A DNA stretch of 64,000 bases, taken from Scyliorhinus canicula. Taxonomy: Eukaryota. Position 1 is the stretch's first letter. Every line of letters begins with the position of its first letter. The notes beneath the pieces are model-generated. The model was not told where the DNA came from. It saw only the letters and a program-made list of their open reading frames with translations, and did no database searches. Both the position numbers and the translations under genes were made by a program. This document shows positions 22,684-35,577 of the stretch, piece by piece. The stretch is taken from contig NC_052162.1 in NCBI RefSeq assembly GCF_902713615.1, forward strand, positions 63,293,913 to 63,357,912, read 5' to 3'.

Positions 22684-24780
22684 GGGCGGGATCTTCCATT
22701 GGCTGACGCCAAAATCGGGAAATGTGATTGGACGGAGAATAGGTTCCGAAGCCAAAATTGTGGCGGGCGGCAATTTGACACCAAATCGCAATTCTCTGTT
22801 ACCTCGGCATTAGGATCAATGCGTTGCGGACCGTTTGCCTGTCATTAGCAGGTCTGACCCGGTATTCTCCATGGGCCTGCGTGATTCTCTTCCTCTGATG
22901 GGCCGGGTTCCCGACAGTGCAGTTCACTTATGCTTTTAAAAATCGTGAAACCGGCATTGTGGCCGATGAGGGAGAAGGAAAGGTGGTAGGACACAGAGGC
23001 ACGACACTGGCCGGGTTGGCTGGCGTTGGGGTGTGGGTCCCTGCGTGGGCGAGGGAGGGTGGGGGTTATGGGGATTATAGGGAAACAGGCCGAGTAGCCG
23101 GGGTGACCCCCCCATGGGACTGGGACGTTGTCCAGTCACGGACCGCCATGACTGCGGCCTGCAAGGCAGCCATCTTGCTACACACCTACTGACCACCCAC
23201 CTTGGCCCCTGGTTCTGCAGACTGACACTGGCTGGTATGGGTGTCTCGCGGTGGACCTGTTTGGGCACCATGCTAACTAGTCAGACTTTCACCCTTGCAG
23301 ACAATGGATATTTGAATTTAACCAGCAATGGTGGCCTTCTTGCTAGTTGCCGCAGCCCTGGGGGATGCCAGCTGGAGCTGCTCAAGGAGGGGGAAGCTGC
23401 AGCAGTGGAGCGTGCCACAGAAGAACAGGAGCCTGCCGCCCAGGATAGAGAGCGAGCCGTCCAACAGGCCAAGGAAGAGGAGGTGCAAAGGAGGCGCTGC
23501 AAAGGCCTTGTGTGTACCGGCAGGGCTTGTCATTTGAGGACCTGCCAGGCCGGGCATGCCATTGAAGACTCTGGCTGAGCAGATGAACAGTGCAACATAT
23601 CTACCAGATGATGGCAAACCTGGCACTGCGGGGTATGGGTAAGGATACCCACTCTCGGTAGCCATCAAGGTGGAGGTCACCGTGAACATTTACGCAATGG
23701 GATCCTTCCAGGCGCTGAGTGGGGATCTGTCTAGGATCTCATAGACCTCAGTGCACAGGTGCAGTCACGCTATCACAGAGGCCCTATATGCCCAGGCGGC
23801 TCAATACATCCTACTTCAATGGGGACCAAGCCCACCAGGATGCCCAGGCAGCGGTGGTAGGGGCGGTCAAGGAGTTGGGAGCCGGGCCACCCACAACTTC
23901 CGCCTATTCCCCCCCCCTCCTCTGACCAGCCCAGACTAGCCTACCCCGCCCCTCACACCCATCTGACAGAGCACTGAGGTAAGTTGTAACAGTGGTAACA
24001 GGTGTTTAATGTAAACAAATGTTTAGATTTACACATATCATGATAGGCCCTAGCTCCTATAACTAAACTGTACCCATGCCAACTTTCTGGCCTTATGTGC
24101 TCTAATGCTACATCTAGGTGGATCCCTAGACGCTACAGCACGAGCGGGGCAGCCCTGTTCTGCCCACTGGGCGCCAGGTGCATCAGGGCCGGGGGGGGGG
24201 GGGGGTCCTGCGGTATTCCAGCACCTCCCCTGCAGGAGTCACTGGCAAGGCCCCGTCACATCCTCCCCCCTTGGGGCGCCCGGGATACTCCATGGGTCTG
24301 ACGAGCAGAGCTATCTATTCTCTGTGGCTCCCCCACCACCTGTCGCTGCCAGTCCTGGAGGCCCCCTCTGGTCTCAACCAGTGTCCACATGCTCCAGGCC
24401 ATGGAGCACAGGGAGTGGACAATCTCCATCTGGGACTGTGCCACCACCTTCTGGGTTTGTGCCACATCAACCAGTCACTGAGCTGCCTCCCTCTAGGACG
24501 TTCTATGTCTGCACCACGTCGCCAAGCGCCTGGGCTGGCACATGGTTGCCTCTGAGGTGGCAACCCTGCCCTGGGCATCAGCCAGTGCCTGCACAGGAAT
24601 TCCCCAGGCCTTGGACATGCTGATCCATAGCCAGAATCATCACCCCCAATGCCTCCACTGCAGATGCCACCTGTGCAATGTTGGCCTGGGTGGCAAGTAT
24701 TGTTGGCCACCTCCTGCTGCTGCGCACGGTTGGACTCCTCCAACTGCACCTGAGCCAAAGCATCTCAAGCCACTTACTGC
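22684..24780 (+). mobile_element. Degenerate PIF/Harbinger transposon
   Basis: Plus strand ~23643-23810 translates GYPLSVAIKVEVTVNIYAMGSFQALSGDLSRIS*TSVHRCSHAITEALYAQAAQYI (HARBI1-like). Convergent second-gene remnants on the minus strand at ~24300-24760. Terminal GGGCGGGATCTTCC. Confidence 0.75.
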
Positions 24781-25897
24781 AGACATGTTTACCCTGGAAC
24801 TCCCACATTCTGGAGTCACAACACATCATTTACTCTGCTATCTTTATTATGTAATTCATTTAGAATTAATATAGCCTACAGCTCCAACTGAGCTTTGTTA
24901 CCACCGTAAACCATAATAACTCTAATAAATCCTTCCCAAGTTTTGAAAGTTAAATTAGCAAATTATTCACCAATCATTACTTGCTTCTCTTCTTCCCCAC
25001 TGCATCAAAATCCCTTAAACTCGATGAGTCAGCACTCCTAGATAAATTAGCTACCAAATTGAACATCTGCAACCGCCTCTCCTGTAATGAGCTTGCTTAT
25101 GCTTGACTAAAACAGAAAGAAACACAACTCTTAACAGTAAATTGTTGTTAAATTCCAAATGCAAACTGGACTAAATTTTAGAATGAGATTAACCTTAATT
25201 CTAACTCTTAAAATGCCCTTACTCACCACATCCCCAACTTCCAACTCTGTGACTAGTTGCACTTAGTGACGAGATGCTGTCTTCAGGCATGCTTCTTTAC
25301 ATCTAATTTAAATCTTTATCATGGTGGAAATTTCACTTCCAGCATAAAGTCACAATGTAATTTTTTTTAAAAACAAGACAGCAGATAAAACCATTTTCCC
25401 TGATTCCATTCACCTTCGTGTCAAATTAAGTTGATAATCCATTTGTAGTTTTCATTCCTGCTTTTGATTGGTATTTTCCTTATTTGTCAGTGAAATTCCT
25501 CATTTTCATGATCAAATTTGAATCAATCAGCTTCAAATGTCAAAATTTGCATGTTAAGATGAATGATGTCTGAATTGGATTAGATTTTGTTTATTGTCAC
25601 ATGTACTGAGGTACAGTGAAAAGTATTTTTCTGCAAGCAGCTCAACAGATCTTTAAGTACATGAAAGGAAAATAAAATTAAAAAAATTATTTAGAATTAA
25701 TAGCATTGTTCCCCATGTAATGACAGTGGATTTATTATAAATGCAGGAGCATACCAAATAAAACAAAGTATTATTCATCGACAAAAGTTTAGATGTGTCC
25801 ACGTCCCTTTCTAACCACAAAGTCTAACTGACATTAAGTATTGCTATTCAGACTGAAAATATAGCCTCCGAGGCTTAGTTGTTAGAAAGCCACTCAG

Positions 25898-27393
25898 AGG
25901 GCTGGCACTACCCAATCTCTCGGGGTATTACTGGGCGGCAAATGTGTCGATGGTGCGCAAGTGGATGATGGAAGGGGAGGGGGCAGCTTGGAAACGAATG
26001 GAGAGGGCGTCCTGTGGCAACACAAGCCTGGGGGCCCTGGTAACGGCACCATGGCCGCTCCCCCCCACGAGGTACACCACGAGCCCGGTGGTGGCGGCCA
26101 CCCTCAAGATATGGGGGCAGTGGAGGCGACACAGGGGGGAAAAGGGAGGTCTGTTGGCGGCGCCAATAAGAGGGAACCATAGATTCATCCCGGGGAACAT
26201 CGACGGGGGATTTCAGAGCTGGTACAGGGTGGGCATACGGCAGCTGAAGGACCTGTTTATAGAGGGGAGGTTTGCGAGCCTGGGAGGGCTGGAGGAGAAG
26301 TTTGAGCTCCCCCCGGGAAACATGTTCAGATATTTACAAGTGAAGGCATTTGCTAGGCGGCAGGTGGAGGGGTTCCCCCTGCTCCCCAGTAAGGGGGCGA
26401 GTGATAGGGTGCTCTCGGGGGTCTGGGTCGGAGGGGGGAGGATATCGGACATCTACAAGATAATGCAGGAGGCGGAGGAAGCATCGGGGGAGGAGCTGAA
26501 AGCCAAGTGGGAAGGGGAGCTGGGAGAGCAGATAGAAGACGGGACGTGGGCGGATGCACTGGAGAAGGTCAATTCTTCCTCCTCGTGTGCGAGGCTGAGC
26601 CTCATTCAATTTAAGGTGCTGCATAGAGCTCACATGACGGGGACAAGGATGAGCCGGTTCTTTGGGGGTGAGGACAGGTGTGTCAGATGTCGGGGAAGCC
26701 CAGCGAACCATGTGCATATGTTCTGGGCATGTCCGGTGCTGGAAGGGTTCTGGAAGGGGGTGGCAAGGACGGTGTCGAAGGTGGTGGGGTCCAGGGTCAA
26801 ACCAGGATGGGGGCTTGCGATCCTTGGGGTCGGGGTAGAACCGGGGGTACAGGAGGCTAGGGAGGCCGGAATACTGGCCTTTGCGTCCCTAGTGGCTCGA
26901 CGAAGGATATTAATTCAATGGAAGGACGCGAGGCCTCCAAGTGTTGAAACTTGGATTAACGATATGGCTAGCTATATTCAGCTAGAAAGGATCAAATTTG
27001 CCCTGAGAGGGTCGGTACAGGGATTCTCCAGGCGGTGGCAACCTTTCCTTGACTTTTTAGATCAGAGATAGGCGTTCGGGGTCGTGGCAGCAGCAACCCG
27101 GGGGGGAGGGGGAGGGGAGGGGAGGGGAGGGGGGGGGCAGCAATGGTCGTGGGGGGACATGCACGACTGTAACGCGGGCAAGTCTGCTCGCTGCTCATGT
27201 CTGAAACTGTAGGCTGCCTTGTTTGTTAAGTTGTTGCTTGGGGGGGGGGGGGGGGGGAGGACTGGTGCGCGCGAGAGGGCGGGCGAGGGAGGGATATTTG
27301 CCTAGAGGGATTGTGTTGTAAACAATTTAAAAATTAGTAGGGGTAAATGTCTGTATGGAAAAACTCTTTCAATAAAAATTATTTTAAAAAAAA
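25898..27393 (+). mobile_element. Young 5'-truncated L1/Tx1-like LINE
   Basis: Unbroken 375-aa ORF2 C-terminus (25944-27071) with CVRC...HMFWAC knuckle, AATAAA and A tail. 14-bp TSD AGAAAGCCACTCAG (25884-25897, 27394-27407). Confidence 0.92.
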
Positions 27394-27506
27394 AGAAAGC
27401 CACTCAGGAGTCTTCAGCTTCTGTATTTTCTGGTACTGGAGACATTTCCAACTACTCTTTGTGTCTGTTTAGAAATTATAACGCGTGGTGAGTAGTACAT
27501 GCATTG

Positions 27507-27590
27507 CTTCTTTTTGTTTTTGCACTGTACAATGTCACTTTTTCTATATGCCTAAAATACCTCAATAAAATTGTTTGTTTTAAAAAAAAA
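27507..27590 (+). mobile_element. Ultra-short LINE 3' tail insertion
   Basis: AATAAA plus A-tail, flanked by TAGTACATGCATTG / TAGTGCATGCATTG. Confidence 0.7.
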
Positions 27591-28235
27591 TAGTGCATGC
27601 ATTGGTAAGTTTTTATATTACAGTAGATCTCAGGTGTTATTGCTCACAGGAATCAGTTATAAACTGTACAAAATAGCATCAAGGCAAATGAGTCAAGATG
27701 AATAAGTCAAATCATGATTTTAAACAAGCTTTAGTAACAAATCTTTTTAAGATTCAATAAACATGTACGTACAGAACATCATTTAAGGCAGAAAACGTTT
27801 GGTCGATATTACGTCAGATCCGTAGAAAGCCGGCGTAATTCTTAATACTGTTTAATTACAAATTACATTAAATACAAAGATCCAATTCAACACATACCCA
27901 CATCAGTGAACATCTAGGTTGAAGGCTACAAGGCTGCTTTGGTTTATTTGTAGAGGTCAGTATGCTTCACCAGAAGTCACAAATGTGCAGTTAGTGCAAT
28001 GGTCATAAGCAAGCCAAAACTTTTATTATCTGTGGAAACTACAATTTAGCAAGAAGTGCAGCACCAGTCATTGTGGGATATGGTTGAAATATTTCTGTAA
28101 AGTATTAATTCAAACCTTCCAGAGAATCTCAGTGCATTTCAGACTGAATTGTGGCTATATCAGTCCAACAGTTCACCAGATGTATATTAATAACAATGTA
28201 TTGAGATCAAGCTTGGATACCAATGAATAGCACTA

Positions 28236-28556
28236 GGGCAGCACAGTAGCACAGTGGGTAGTACTGTTGTTTCACAGCGCCAGGGTCCCAGGTTCGATTC
28301 CTGGCTTGGGTCACTGTCTGTGTGGCACCTGCACATTCTCCCCGTGTCTGCGTGGATTTCCTCCAGGCGCTCCAGTTTCCTCCCACAAGTCCTGAAAGAC
28401 GTGTTTGTTAGGTGAATTGAACATTCTGAATTCTCCCTCAGTGTAACCGAACAGGCGGCAAACAGGCACCGGAGTGTGGCAAGTGGGGGAGGTTCACAGT
28501 AACTTCATTGCAGTATTAACGTAAGCCCACTTATGACACTAATAAAGATTATTATT
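28236..28556 (+). mobile_element. HE1/V-SINE
   Basis: GGGCAGCACAGTAGCACAGTGG head, GGTTCGATTCC B box, (ATT)n tail. Confidence 0.85.
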
Positions 28557-29832
28557 AAATGAAAGTGGTTACTCAAATTATGCCTTAGCCCAAGAAATAA
28601 AAGGCACATTCAAAGTTGTTTATGCAGTGGAATAGACAATGGTAGTTTGTAAAAGCTAATTCCTGCAGATGCTGGAATCGGAAACAAAAACAGAAAATAT
28701 TGGACAATCTCAGCAGGTCTGACAGCATCTTTGGAGAGAGAGGAGGGAGCTAAGGTTTTGAGTCTGAGTGACTGTAAAGTGGGCCTGGCACATGTATTCA
28801 ATTAAGCCAAGCCACGTTGCTTTGTTGCAGGTCAATGGTTTCCATTCTCACCAGTAACAGGAGAATGGTCTGGGTGCAATTTGCCTGTCCCCCTTCCTAT
28901 AGCTCCTGTAATTCATTTTCTTTTAGAGCTGTGGAAAAACTGGTCCTTCTCTTGTTGAAGTTCCAGCATATGCTGTTTGCCTAAGTTGATTCCATAATGC
29001 CACTCAGATGCCATAGAGTCCAAAATGTTGAAATATTCAATATAATGCAGACTGATGATGTGTTGACACTCTGCTCCCAATAAAGCATCCTAAACATATC
29101 TGAAGTGGAGAAGAAAAATTGTTTATACACAGAATTTCCTCCACTTTACTCACTAAACCCAGTCATGGGAAACAAAAAAGTGAAATAAACAATCTAACCT
29201 CTTTAGATATAAATGAAGTCTTCTGGAACCTTGTGGCATTGAAAGGTTTGTTCTCCGGTATCCGCCAGCTCTAAACTTTACCAACATGTAGCGTGTATAA
29301 AATGATCAGAACATCTACTGACTATCAGCTGTCCAATATGTAGATCACAAATAAAAACACAAGCAGCCATTGTTTTGTTGACAAATTTATCGAATAGTCA
29401 ACAAATTGTTTCCTGGTTATGAGACATAATATTGATTAAACCAACTTCTAACACCACATTGTGCAACTGACAAAATCATTAATTAAAACATGGTAGAAAA
29501 CCTGCTTATGCAACAACCTTGCGTAAATAGAGCCACCAATTCCAGTGCTGGACTCCTGAAATGTGGATTCGTAGGTCCAGGAATGGTTCGAACTATCTCC
29601 CTTTGACACAAAAGCCAACCATTGCTGCAATATGTCTGCTTCCATTTGTTTGGGCATTAGACTGGCTTGATAAGCAAGACGAAGGGCAAATAAAGGAAAT
29701 AGGTCTTAAACATGACACTAAAGCTTTGCTACACATCTTGGTTGCAGTCCAACAGCTTCCTTGCTCATCAGCAACAGAAGAATAATTGTGTGCAATTTCC
29801 TGTCCCTCTTCCCATAGCTCCTACAATTCCTT

Positions 29833-29984
29833 TCACTTTAAGGCCGCTAGTTCCTGGAGGAGCTGTTCCTTCTCCCGCTGAAGTTCCAGAATGTGCTGTT
29901 TGTTCTGATCTAGGCGATCCTCCAGCCATTGTAGCAGAGGACCACTGATGGATGACATCTGGCTACACAGATTCTTTGTGAATA
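29833..29984 (-). CDS. BRCC3: BRCC3 coding exon 8 (last)
   Basis: ctag|TA-FTKNLCSQMSSISGPLLQWLEDRLDQNKQHILELQREKEQLLQELAALK*. Confidence 0.97.
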
Positions 29985-30364
29985 CTAGAGAAATAAAAGA
30001 GGTCAGTCAAGAAATGTTAAAACCACATTGGGTATATTCCACATAAGTGGATATTTTTGTATGAAATATGAAACAGAAATATGTAACTAATTCAGATAAA
30101 ATAAGTGTGACAAACAAAACTCTAAAGCAATGTCTGTCACACCCTGAATTTAGCCCATCCTTATTAAAAACATTCAGAATTACATCTACACAATGATTTG
30201 GTCACATCTAGCAAATGCCAAGTCAAAGAGCTCATTCATAGTTTGTACCATTTAGTTTTAATTGGAACTATAATTTTACACAATAAATGGGAACATTACA
30301 GTAAGACACCTCTTTCCCCATCCTGTTATCTTTTAATTTACCTATTGGGATTTAGTTTTTTTTT

Positions 30365-30582
30365 TTAAATTTAGTGCACCCAATTCATTTTTTTCCAATT
30401 AAGGGGCAATTTAGCGTGGCCAATCCACCTAGATTGCACATCTTTGGGTTGTGGGGGTGAAACTCACGCAAACACAGGGAGAATGTGCAAACTCCACACG
30501 GCCAGTGACCCAGAGTCGGGATCGAACCTGGGATCTCGGCGCTGTGAGACCGCAGTACTAACCCACTGCGCCACCGTGCTGC
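30365..30582 (-). mobile_element. Short tRNA-derived SINE
   Basis: Minus-strand GCAGCACGGTGGCGCAGTGGG...GGTTCGATCCC head and A-rich tail. Confidence 0.8.
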
Positions 30583-31677
30583 ACTCAGTTAATAATAGGA
30601 TTGGTTTTTAGCTGGCAATTTTCAGTTTAAGATCCATCAGTATATATCCAACAGCAGAATGAGAAAGTTAGCTAGCTGTCAGATTTCTTAAATATATTTG
30701 GCAACCTTTTTCTCTGTTTTAAACTAACTTAAAGATAACTTCTGTATCTTTGCCCTTTAAAATCAAATACTCTCCTGGATCAATTTGTTTGTGGAACAAG
30801 AACATTATGTTTCACAATTCACAAGTTATGCACCCTATGGTGCACATTCCCAGAATCCTCTTACATTCTATATCCCATCCCCCATCCATTACCAAAATCA
30901 TCTATTTCTATCGCGCTAAGATTACCTACTTCTGTCCCTATCTCACCATTCTGATTTCCACAGTTAGGAAAACAAAGGGAATTTTAAGGGATTTACATTT
31001 GTATTTAACGTTTCTGTGCCTGGCAAAGTTTGAAATGTCAGCTCTGAGTGCTGTTGGCTGCAATTTTGTGATTCTACATAGAAGTTAGGAGGTTTTGTAG
31101 CAGTGGACAGTGCCCCTGCCTCTGAGCCAGAAGCTCCTTGTTCAAGTCTCATTGATGGCCAAGTTAGGTGCATTTATAATGTCGACAAATAGGTTGGGTA
31201 TCAACTTGTAAATTCATCCAACATACGGCAGTCAGGGTGGGAGAGATCCCTGGTCAGCCATGTGATGGGAAGAAATTGGAGTCTCCACCATCATTATCCA
31301 TAGCTCCCGACTGCAAAATGCATGTAAAAGTATATGTTGCTGCAGCAACTCAAGAATCCCTGGGGGCTGGTTGGCCCAGTTGCCTTGTCAGCAGGTTGGT
31401 GCCAAAATCCCCGTCCTGGCTGGGGTCATTCAGGACCTGTCTCCTTGCCCAACCCATGGTGGAGGTTGTGGCACTGAGTGTTAAGACCTGCTTGTGGTTA
31501 GAGAAGTCAAGAAGAAGGAATAGAGGTTTAAGCACATAGTTAATCATTCCTCCTGCAGGAAACCTTTGTAAACTGAGAGGAAGGGGGAGAAAAAGAGCTA
31601 ATTTGTGAAATGGCGATCTTTCATTCCCACCTTATTATACCTTCTCTAACTCTTCTACCGAATAGCATGTCTGGTTT

Positions 31678-31753
31678 GCCTGGCTAGCTCAGTTGGTAAA
31701 GCATGAGACTCTTAATCTCAGGGTCGTGCGTTCGCGCCCCATGTTAGGCGCCA
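31678..31753 (+). pseudogene. tRNA-Lys(CTT) retrocopy/pseudogene with encoded CCA
   Basis: 73-nt match to canonical tRNA-Lys-CTT (GCCCGGCTAGCTCAG...CTCTTAA...GGGCG) followed by CCA. Has a T-stem mismatch and A58->C. Confidence 0.8.
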
Positions 31754-31761
31754 TTGTTTTT

Positions 31762-31998
31762 GGGGGGCCAGTTTAGCTCACTCAGCTAGACAGCTGGTCC
31801 GTGATGCAAAAGCAGAGCCAGCAGCGCAGGTTCAATTCCTGTACCGACTCAGGTTATTCATGAAGGCCTGCCTTCTCAAACATGCTCCTCGCCTGAGGTG
31901 TGGTGATCCTCAGGATGAATCACCACCAGTCAGCTCTCTCCCTCAAAAGGGGAAAGCAGACTATGGTGATCTGGGACTATGGTAACTTTACCTTACCT
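31762..31998 (+). mobile_element. tRNA-headed SINE
   Basis: TAGCTCA..(A box)...GGTTCAATTCC (B box); (TTTACC)-like tail. Confidence 0.6.
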
Positions 31999-31999
31999 T

Positions 32000-33360
32000 A
32001 AACGCCCCAAACTGGGATGATGTAGAATTTAAGAAGAGGGTATTAGCAAATGGTATATTCCCGGATTGATTTCTTTGCCACGAGCAAAGCGTTGTATGCA
32101 GGGGTGGTTGGGTCGGAATATTTGCCGATAGTAGCATCCGACCACGTGCCACATTTGGTGGACTTGTGGGTGGTGGAGGGAGAGGGGCTCCAGGTGGCCG
32201 CAGTGGAGATTAGATGTGGGATTATTAGCCGACAAAAGATTTGCGAAAAGGTAGGGGTGACTATTCAAAACTATGTGAAGCACAATAAGATGGGCAAGGT
32301 CTCTGCCTCCGTGGTGTGGGAGGTGTTGAAGGCTGTGGAAAGAAGGGAGTTCATTTCAGTCCGGGTGTATTGGTCGAAGGAATGTGGTTGGAGAGGTAGA
32401 GGTTGGTGGAGGCCACTTTGGCAAGGGTCGGAGGTATTCAGCGGCCCCTGGCTTCGTTCCCGAAATTGCCATCACCGCGCTACAAGATTCTCTCTGAGGA
32501 CGAGATACAGGAGGGGCAAGATCACGGACATATATGGGGGGGCTAATGGAGAGAGAGAGAGATCCCCGGTGGAGGAAGTCACATAGAAATGGGAAGAGGA
32601 GCTGGGGGTGTGGCCGTTGAAGCCAGGATCTGGGGTAAGGCAATATGAAGGGTTAATTCAACCTCATAATACACAAGACCAAGTCTCATTCAGTTCAAAG
32701 TGGTACTAGAGCACACATGACGGTGTCAAGGATGAATCGGTTCTTTCCCGGGGTAGAGGGTAGGTGTGGGCAGCGTGCACGGGGGCCAGCAAACCACATC
32801 CACATGTTCTAGGCAACTCCAAAGCTGGAGTTTTGTAAAGCTTTTACAGAGACAATGTCATAGATTTTGGGGGTGAAAATGGCTCCGAGCCTGTGTATGG
32901 CAACAGCATGGCAGCATTTGGAGTTTCAAAAGATCTAGGAGTGCAGGTGGGTTGAGAGGCTAACTTGTTGGTCTTTGACTCAGTTAGCCCGTATGCGGAT
33001 ATTGCTGGGATGGCGGGACCGGAGCCGCCTAAAGCGGGGGTATGGGTGAGCGACTTGGCAGCGTTTCTGCAACTAGAAAAGATAACGTTTGCCATCAGAG
33101 GCGTGGTTGAGGGGTTCTGCTCGAGGTGGAGGCTGTTCATTGACTTCTGTAAAGATTGGTAAAACATCCATGGGGGTCAGAGGCTTTCTTCTTTTTGGGG
33201 TTTGTTACTATAATTAAAAAGTGGGATCTGTGGGAGTAGGCTAGGATGAAGAGATGGGAGTTGTTAGGATATGGTTACTGGTTAATGATTATCGGTGTTG
33301 TTGCTTTCTCTTTTTTTCTGTGCGTACTTGAAAATACCTCTAATAAAAATATTCTTTTAA
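32000..33360 (+). mobile_element. Degenerate, internally deleted L1/Tx1-like LINE
   Basis: Endonuclease end (YSRIDFF...SDH) followed by C-terminal remnants (LQLEKITFAIRG...RWRLF). Confidence 0.8.
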
Positions 33361-33471
33361 CAAATCAGGGTCAAAGACACAAGTCTCCAACTATAATCTT
33401 CAATTATGCACCTCCGTGTGCAACTTATTTTCTCAAAAATAGGATTTTGGAGGCAGAGAGCCATCATCTAC

Positions 33472-33515
33472 CTGATCCATTGTGAATCTTGGTTATAGGA
33501 TCCAGATGTGTCAGG
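33472..33515 (-). CDS. BRCC3: BRCC3 coding exon 7
   Basis: ttcag|C-LTHLDPITKIHNGS-G|gtagat. Confidence 0.96.
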
Positions 33516-34104
33516 CTGAAAGAAATGATGGAGAGTTACAGCTTTTGGAGAACCTTCTATTGAATAGAAACATCTACTGTTAGAAAGAAAGTGAACTAGA
33601 TGAATAAACTTTAACCATACAAAACAAAGCAAGAACGCTGTACAATCTACTGAGCCACGGGAAAATGATCCTTCTGTTTCCAATAATATAAACGCCATAA
33701 ACTAAAAGTAAATTTAAGTTGGGACAAGAGAAATTGTACTGAGCATCCTGCTACAGGGTACAGGAATGTCTCATGATAAAAATAAGTCAACAGGACCATA
33801 ATGCGACAAAACCATAAACATTTTTATGACATACAGAAGGGAATAAAGTGCAGTCCTTTAGTTTGCACTGTACTGCGGATTCCTCGTTTTTTCTCCAGAG
33901 TGATCATGAATCCATTCAAAAGGATAAAATGATTATAACAGAACTGCAGGACTTAACTAACAATTGATCACATATATAATGGCGGGAATTATCCGGCCGT
34001 TGGAATTCTCTGTTCCCGACGTCAGTGGACCCCCACCAGTGGGTTTCCCAGCAATATGGAGTGACTTCAAAGGGAAATCTCAGTGACAAGTGGCAGGAAG
34101 CGAG

Positions 34105-34950
34105 AATGCAACACAGGAAGAGGAGTAGGTCATTTAGTCTACCAAGCCTGTTCCTCCCTCCATTCAATGAGATCATGACCACCTGTGACCTAACTCTGTT
34201 TCATATCCCTTAGCACCTTTGGTTCACAAAATCTATCAATCTCAGATTTAAATGTAATACTTTATCTTCCCATGGTGATTGGTTAGCTCAGTTAGCTAAA
34301 TGGCTAGAGTGTGGTGCAGAATGATGTCAACAGCACACATACGATCCCCATACTGGTTGTAGTAGATTATAGAAACCTGTCTTTTTGCCTTGTCCTATTA
34401 TTGATGCAAGAGTGGTGCCCCTCAAGCTATGGTCCCTCGTGAACAATGGCTAATTCCTTATCTGATCTACCATCAATTGCAGTTTGTGGAAGAAAGTTCC
34501 AAATTTGTACCATTCTTGACATGAAAAAGTGCTTCACCCCGAAAGATCTGGCTCTAATCTTTTGACTAATCCCCCTAGTCTAGACTTCCCGACTAGAGGA
34601 AACTGTTTTTCCCAATCTATCCCACCTTGCCCTCTTAATATCTTTAAAACTTCAATCAAATCAACCCTTACCCATCTAATTCTGGGGAACACAACCCTAG
34701 TTTGTGTAATATCTCCTCATCATTCTTTCCAAGGCTAATATATCCTTCCTACGGTGTGATGCCCATAAATGTTCACAGTATTCCAGTGTGCTCTAAAAGA
34801 GCTTCGTATATCTGAAGCATGACTTTTACTTTCTTGTATTCTATTCCTCTACATATAGTGGTCAACATTCTACTAGTTTTGTTGATTGTTTTCTGTACCC
34901 GTTCATGACGTTTTAATGATCTGTGTACCTGGAAGTCAAAGTCTCTTTAG
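34105..34950 (-). mobile_element. CR1-like LINE 3' remnants
   Basis: Degenerate CR1 3' motifs (minus-strand LEYCEHLW; 3'UTR CCTACTCCT...TTCCTGTG). Confidence 0.55.
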
Positions 34951-35021
34951 ACCTCCATTGTTTCTCAAAAGTATTTTAAAAGTGTCCGATGCTCAAGGTT
35001 ACATCTTATTTCCAACTGTAC

Positions 35022-35153
35022 CTGTGAATTCTTCTGTAAGCATCCTGCTCCTCTTGACAAAGAATTTTTGGAAGCTCCACAGCAGACTCCAGGCACACTT
35101 TACCAATGGTTTCATGGGGCACTACATGAATAGGGATTTCTATGCGTTCATAC
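35022..35153 (-). CDS. BRCC3: BRCC3 coding exon 6
   Basis: acag|G-YERIEIPIHVVPHETIGKVCLESAVELPKILCQEEQDAYRRIH-AG|gtacag. Confidence 0.97.
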
Positions 35154-35521
35154 CTGTAACAAAATTATCAAAGGGTTAATGCCATTCAGACGACATCCTA
35201 GCCGATAAGCTTAGTTCAAGTACTTTACATTTGTATGGCTGCAGATTAAATTACAGCCTACCAACTTCTATGTATTTCGAGCACAAGTCTCCCTAACTTG
35301 AAATTGTTTTCTCCACTAATTGGTTATCTCATATAATGTTCAATCCTTGGCAGAGAAGACAAACAGCTCCCAGCCTATGTGAAAAGTACTGTGTGGACAT
35401 ATGCACCGACCAACTATCCAACATTCCATTACTTCCACTTGGCATTTTCCCATAATTATAAGGTTAATCAAGGTGATTAACATCATTTTCATCAGAATAA
35501 TATACATTACATTATACTTAC

Positions 35522-35577
35522 TCAGAACCTTTCTGTGCTTGAATTGACTGGAAACAGGTATAGAGAACTCGGCCAGT
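35522..35577 (-). CDS. BRCC3: BRCC3 coding exon 5
   Basis: ttcag|TGRVLYTCFQSIQAQKGS-GA|gtaagt. Confidence 0.97.

Noticed and set aside
1-27000. Expected syntenic VBP1 downstream of BRCC3
   Set aside because: No VBP1-like peptide found by eye on either strand.
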